Source of the DNA: Eutreptiella sp. 'Long Island Sound 2002'
Taxonomy: Eukaryota > Protista > Euglenida
Assembly (NCBI GenBank): GCA_964036045.1
Contig: OZ038378.1
Coordinates: 58,218,001 to 58,282,000, forward strand
Direction of reading: 5' to 3'
Length of the DNA: 64,000 nt
How positions within the stretch are numbered: the first letter of the stretch is position 1; every line of letters starts with the position of its first letter. Shown piece after piece: positions 59,880 to 64,000 of this stretch. Below the pieces are notes generated by a model. The model ran no database searches and was not told the DNA's origin. It saw only the letters and a list, made by a program, of their open reading frames with translations. The translations under genes were made by a program, and so were the position numbers.

Positions 59880-61680
59880 CCCCCCCCCCCCTCTCAGTAC
59901 CCCCAGTCTAAATGTTTTTGCTATAGTTTCAATTTGATTATGCAGAACACCCTGTAGGTGTTTTGGTTGTTTGTGGTCTAGCCCTGTGCGCCTATGACCA
60001 TATACCCCTTCAATGATGAACATGCTGACAACAGCCGAGAAGAGGTTCTGACATGCTCGCTTTTGAATCCAATTACAATTTGCTGACCACAAGCCCCTTC
60101 AAGGACGGTGCATGACACTTGGCATATGTTGGCTCATGGGGGGATGTCCCTTTCCTTGGCTGCATTTTCAAAAGCTCGGTCCGCACAAAACAGGTCCTAA
60201 GAAAAAGGTCCCCGCAGGGGTCCTTACATTGACCCACACGTGACGGAGCATTGTGTCGTGCTGGACAATCCACGGCCCACAATCCACATCCCGTGAAACT
60301 TGGTGTGGGCCTCTGCGCTGTTGCCACCATCAGTCAGTCTTTCATGTTCGACCAAATGCGCACCATGTCCTCCAATCGCCAACAACCATTTTGAAAACCC
60401 TTGTTTGTCAATGTCATGTGCAAGCAACATACATGTGAGAAGGGGCTTTGTAGTCCAATTTGAATTTGATTTGTGTGATGTTTTTTTCGCGACCCTCTTA
60501 CTTACCCTTCGAGCATGCTTGCAATCTGCTGCAATATGCACCCCTCATGGTTTGTTGTCTATTTGTAGAAAGTATGGACAAGGATCTGGCAAGGACCATG
60601 TACAGAGAAACCACACCCCTATTCATGCTCTGTTTGCTGTGCTTCCCATGTTGACCTGCTTTGCTTTCCTTTGTGCTTTTTTGCCAAAAAGCATTCCGAA
60701 ACTACCACAAAGTAGGGAAAACACTGCCCTCCCCCTACCTTGTGCATGAGCATATGGAAAAGCCTGCCCCCCCTCCTGATATGTCATGTGTCATGTGGGC
60801 TATCATTTGTTTGATCGGCCTGTAGTTACCATGACCCTTTTATGTCAACCTGAATTCTATCCATACGATTTCTGTGAATGTAGGTAACATGTAGGTGTCA
60901 TGTACCCACCCTTTCCGCATCATTGTCCTGCTTGCAAGCCCTTCAGTGATGATGTCATTCATTTGTGCACCTTGTGGGGTTGCTCTGCCGATGTTGGATT
61001 TGGGCTGTGCCACAAACCCCTACAGGGACCTTTTTCTTAGGCCCTGTTTCGTGTCGCCAGAGACTTTGAAAAATCGCACGTTTTGTGCACTGAGAACCGC
61101 CCCTTGCGGATTCTTCAGCACATCAATGCGCTGCACAGCAGGTAGACGTTCAGGCATTTTGTGTGTTGAGAATGCCCGGGCCACCACAACAGCCTGTGTG
61201 CCATGCCATCAGCAGGGAGACAGGTCCAGTCTCCATGGCAGCCGCTCCGTGCCTCGGAGCGGCAGCCCCAAAATTTGCATGGGCACCCACGGCGAGTTCC
61301 TGAGGGCTCCACACCACTCCTCACAGGGTGTATCCGACCTTCACTTCCAAAAACAAGACATTTGAGAAGGGGTTTTGCTATGTGTCACATTTTCCTTGTA
61401 CCTACGTCCCTTCCGTGCTTGTCTCTCCTTTGTTGTGCATGTCTGTCTTGACGCAAAGGGAAATGAAATGTTGCAGAGCCCCCCCCTCTCTTTGTACGTG
61501 AAGTTTGAACTTTTTGGCTATCTTTTCAATGTTGAACACCCTTGAGGTGTTTAGGTTGTCTATGGTCTAGGCCTTGGCGCCTATGACCATATACCCCTTC
61601 AATGATGGACATGCTGGCTATAGCTGCGGAGGGGATTTGACATGTTTGTTTTTGCAGTCAATTACAATTTGCTTGCTCCC
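59880..61680. repeat. ~200-bp diverged direct repeats (59880-60090, 61480-61680) enclosing ~65-bp inverted repeats (60160-60230, 61015-61080)
   Basis: gcgcctatgaccatataccccttcaatgatg.acatgctg occurs twice. aaacagg.cctaagaaaaaggtccc occurs with its reverse complement. Confidence 0.65.
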
Positions 61681-61849
61681 ACCTGTGTCTGTGTATTGCA
61701 TAGGAGGCAGGTGTGCACTGAGCGTCTCTTACACATAGGGCACTCTTGTATTTTAAACCTCCCCCTTGAGGTGAGGAAGTGAGTCTCGGGTCTAGACCGT
61801 CGCGTCTCTGACCCAGACATTTGAGTTGGGCCTGCCCCACACCCACACG

Positions 61850-62620
61850 TTCATCTCCCACCCACTTCGGGCCGCCGAGCCGCACGAGTTGGCCCCTCGG
61901 TCCGCGGCCACAGCGCCCCGACCAGGGTCGTCGTTCATCCCCCAACCCACCTACTACGGGCCGCCGAGCCGCAGGAGTTGGCCCTCTGTCCCCAGCCACA
62001 GCGTCCCGAACAGGGTTGTCGTTCGTCTCCCTACCCACCTACTGCATGCCGCCGAGCCGCAGGAGTTTCGCCCTCGGTGTCGGCCACAGTGCCCCGACCA
62101 GGGTCGTCGTTCATCTCCCTACCCACCTACTGCAGGCCGCGGAGCCGCAGGAGTTCGCCCTGGGTCCCCGGCCACAACGCCTTGACCAGGGTGGTCGCTC
62201 ATCTCCCTACCCACCTACTGCGGGCCGCCGAGCCGCAGGAGTTCGCCCTCGGTCCCCGGCCACAACACCCCTACCCGGGTCCTCCTTCATCCCCCAACCC
62301 ACCTACTACGGGCCGCCGAGCCGTAGGAGTTGGCCCTCGGTCCCCGACCACAGCGTCCCGACCAGGGTGGTCGCTCATCTCCCTACCCACCTACTGCGGG
62401 CCGCCGAGCCGCAGGAGTTGGCCCTTGGGCCCCGGCCACAACGCCCCGATCAGGGTGGTCGTTCATCTCCCAACCCACCTACTGCGGGCTGCCCAGCTGC
62501 AGGAGTTGACCCTGAGTCCCCGGCCACAGCGCCACGACCAGGGTCGTCGTGCACATCCCAACCCATCCACTGCTGGCCACGGCGCCGCAGAAGCTTGCCC
62601 TTGGTCCCCGGCCGCCACGC
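61850..62620 (+). repeat. 88-bp GC-rich tandem repeat, ~9 copies
   Basis: gccgagccgc marker at 61874, 61963, 62051, 62139, 62227, 62315, 62403 and 62491. Confidence 0.92.
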
Positions 62621-62635
62621 CTCGACCTGGACAAC

Positions 62636-64000
62636 ATGCCCAACACCAAACGCAAAGGCATTGCACAAGGCAAAGGCCAAGGGCCTCCGCAAGGCAAAAG
62701 CGAAGGCCCTTCGCAAGGCAAAGGCCAAGGCCCTCCGCTGGGCAAAGGCCAAGCCCCTCCGCAAGGCAAAGGCCAAGGCCCTCCGCAAGGCAAAGGCAAG
62801 GGCCCTTCACACGGCAAAGGCCAAGCCCCTCTGCAAGGCAAAGGTGAGGCCCCTCTGCAAGGCAAAGGCGGAGCCCCTCCGCAAGGCAAAGGTCAAGGCC
62901 CTCCACAAGGCAAAGGTCAAGGCCCTCCGCAAGCCGAAGACAACGCCTGGACCTTTGGTGAAACCCTTGCCCACGTGGACTATGGCATCGACACAAACCC
63001 AATGGAGGGATTCACCACCCGTGGGGCCGATCGCGACGTGTATCTCCAGAAGGCATCCGTTGTGCACACTGTCCATGAGTGTGCCGCCGCCCGGAAGTGG
63101 GCATGGGAGCAAGGTGCCGTGAGGTGGCTTTGGTTTGGGCAGAAGGAGGACAAGAATGGCAACATGGTGCTCATAACACAATGGGTTGCTTAGACTGAAG
63201 TTTGGGGCAACTATGATTTGACCGATGGGGATTTCATCCATGGATGGGACATGGATCGGCCAAACTTGGGCGACCACATCGCACCGGCACCGGACTTCAT
63301 TGGCTAGGTGCATGGGGATGGCACCTTTGGCAACATGGTGACCATAGTTTGTTGGAACAAACGTCCCATTGTGCAGGAGCACAAGTATTGGTGCTGTGTC
63401 CTGCCCGACGAAGCAGCGTTCCGGGCGTTCCGCGACGAGATACGAACGGGAAGGCATGGAACGCGTTGCTCAATGCCACTCGGCAAGAACAACATGTGGC
63501 TGCCAGCCCTATGCCCCCTTGTGGCGCATCATAACCTGAACCCCTCCCAAGCCTTGGCTGTCCGGCAATGTATGGATGAGGGCGATGTTGTCTCCTCCAT
63601 GACTGGTGGAGCCGACACAGGGAAGTCGGAGACCGTGGTGGCTTGCATCAAGGCAGTGATGTGCCACCAAGGGCACTTCGACCCATGCACCCCGAATCCG
63701 AAGAAGCCAGGTTCTGTACATACCGGCAAGAAAGGTGGGGGGGGGCACCTGAGTACCACCCCCCTCGGGCATGCATCTTACTCACTGCCCCAACAAATGC
63801 ACAGGTTGACAACATGATGCGGCGGGTGATCCAGTCGGCTGAACGGGATCCTACATTTAGGCAGGAAGTTTTGAAGGATCATCCGGCGCGTTGGATGCGG
63901 CTACATGCTGCAAGGGGCCAAAACCCCACAAATTTGCGAGCCTACAACCACCCAACAGTCGAAGAGGCGCTTGATGATCATCTGGAGTGCAATGGCGCAT
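62636..64000 (+). pseudogene. UPF1/DNA2/SETX-like superfamily-1 helicase with N-terminal GKGQGPPQ repeats; disrupted and truncated by the window end
   Basis: Q-motif LNPSQALAV (63536), Walker A GGADTGKS (63605-28), motif Ia CILLTAPTNAQVDNMMRRV (63772-828). In-frame TAGs at 63191 and 63305 and a frameshift most simply placed in the G9 run at ~63737-45. ~12 x 24-bp repeats at 62665-62935. Confidence 0.72.

Noticed and set aside
61850-62620. 88-bp array as a Sat85 derivative
   Set aside because: Only cccac...gggcc is shared; the rest does not align convincingly by eye.

Overview
Eukaryotic genomic DNA, about 99% intron. Four short canonical GT-AG, phase-0 exons on the + strand (<1-143, 27375-27476, 47808-48053, 48318-48536) splice into one in-frame coiled-coil protein containing the CCDC13 signature (ELKRTKQ|VLAKEVGE...W-R-G-R-A-Q-Q-I...KAK|VKQL...EKTENDDKLI). 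Its introns are 27,231 bp, 20,331 bp, 264 bp and probably >=15.4 kb. The introns hold a nested mobile and satellite landscape. (1) About 15 kb of an ~85-bp palindrome-containing satellite with higher-order repeats. (2) Two diverged, oppositely oriented copies of a two-gene, intron-containing DDE transposon (CMC/Transib-like). They share an intron position, a conserved accessory gene of unknown function, and an in-frame TGA at the same position. (3) Two hAT-type MITEs with perfect 8-bp TSDs, one carrying satellite monomers and one a tRNA-like Pol III unit. (4) A doubly truncated LINE fragment inserted without a TSD. (5) Further 94-, ~240-, ~47- and 88-bp tandem arrays, two of them with inverted arms. 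(6) A disrupted UPF1/DNA2-like SF1 helicase ORF behind an 88-bp array, running off the window end. Most ORFs in the supplied track are artefacts of these repeats. All alignments were made by eye. Family assignments come from recalled motif consensus, not database searches. Frameshifts inside long G/C runs may be sequencing errors.
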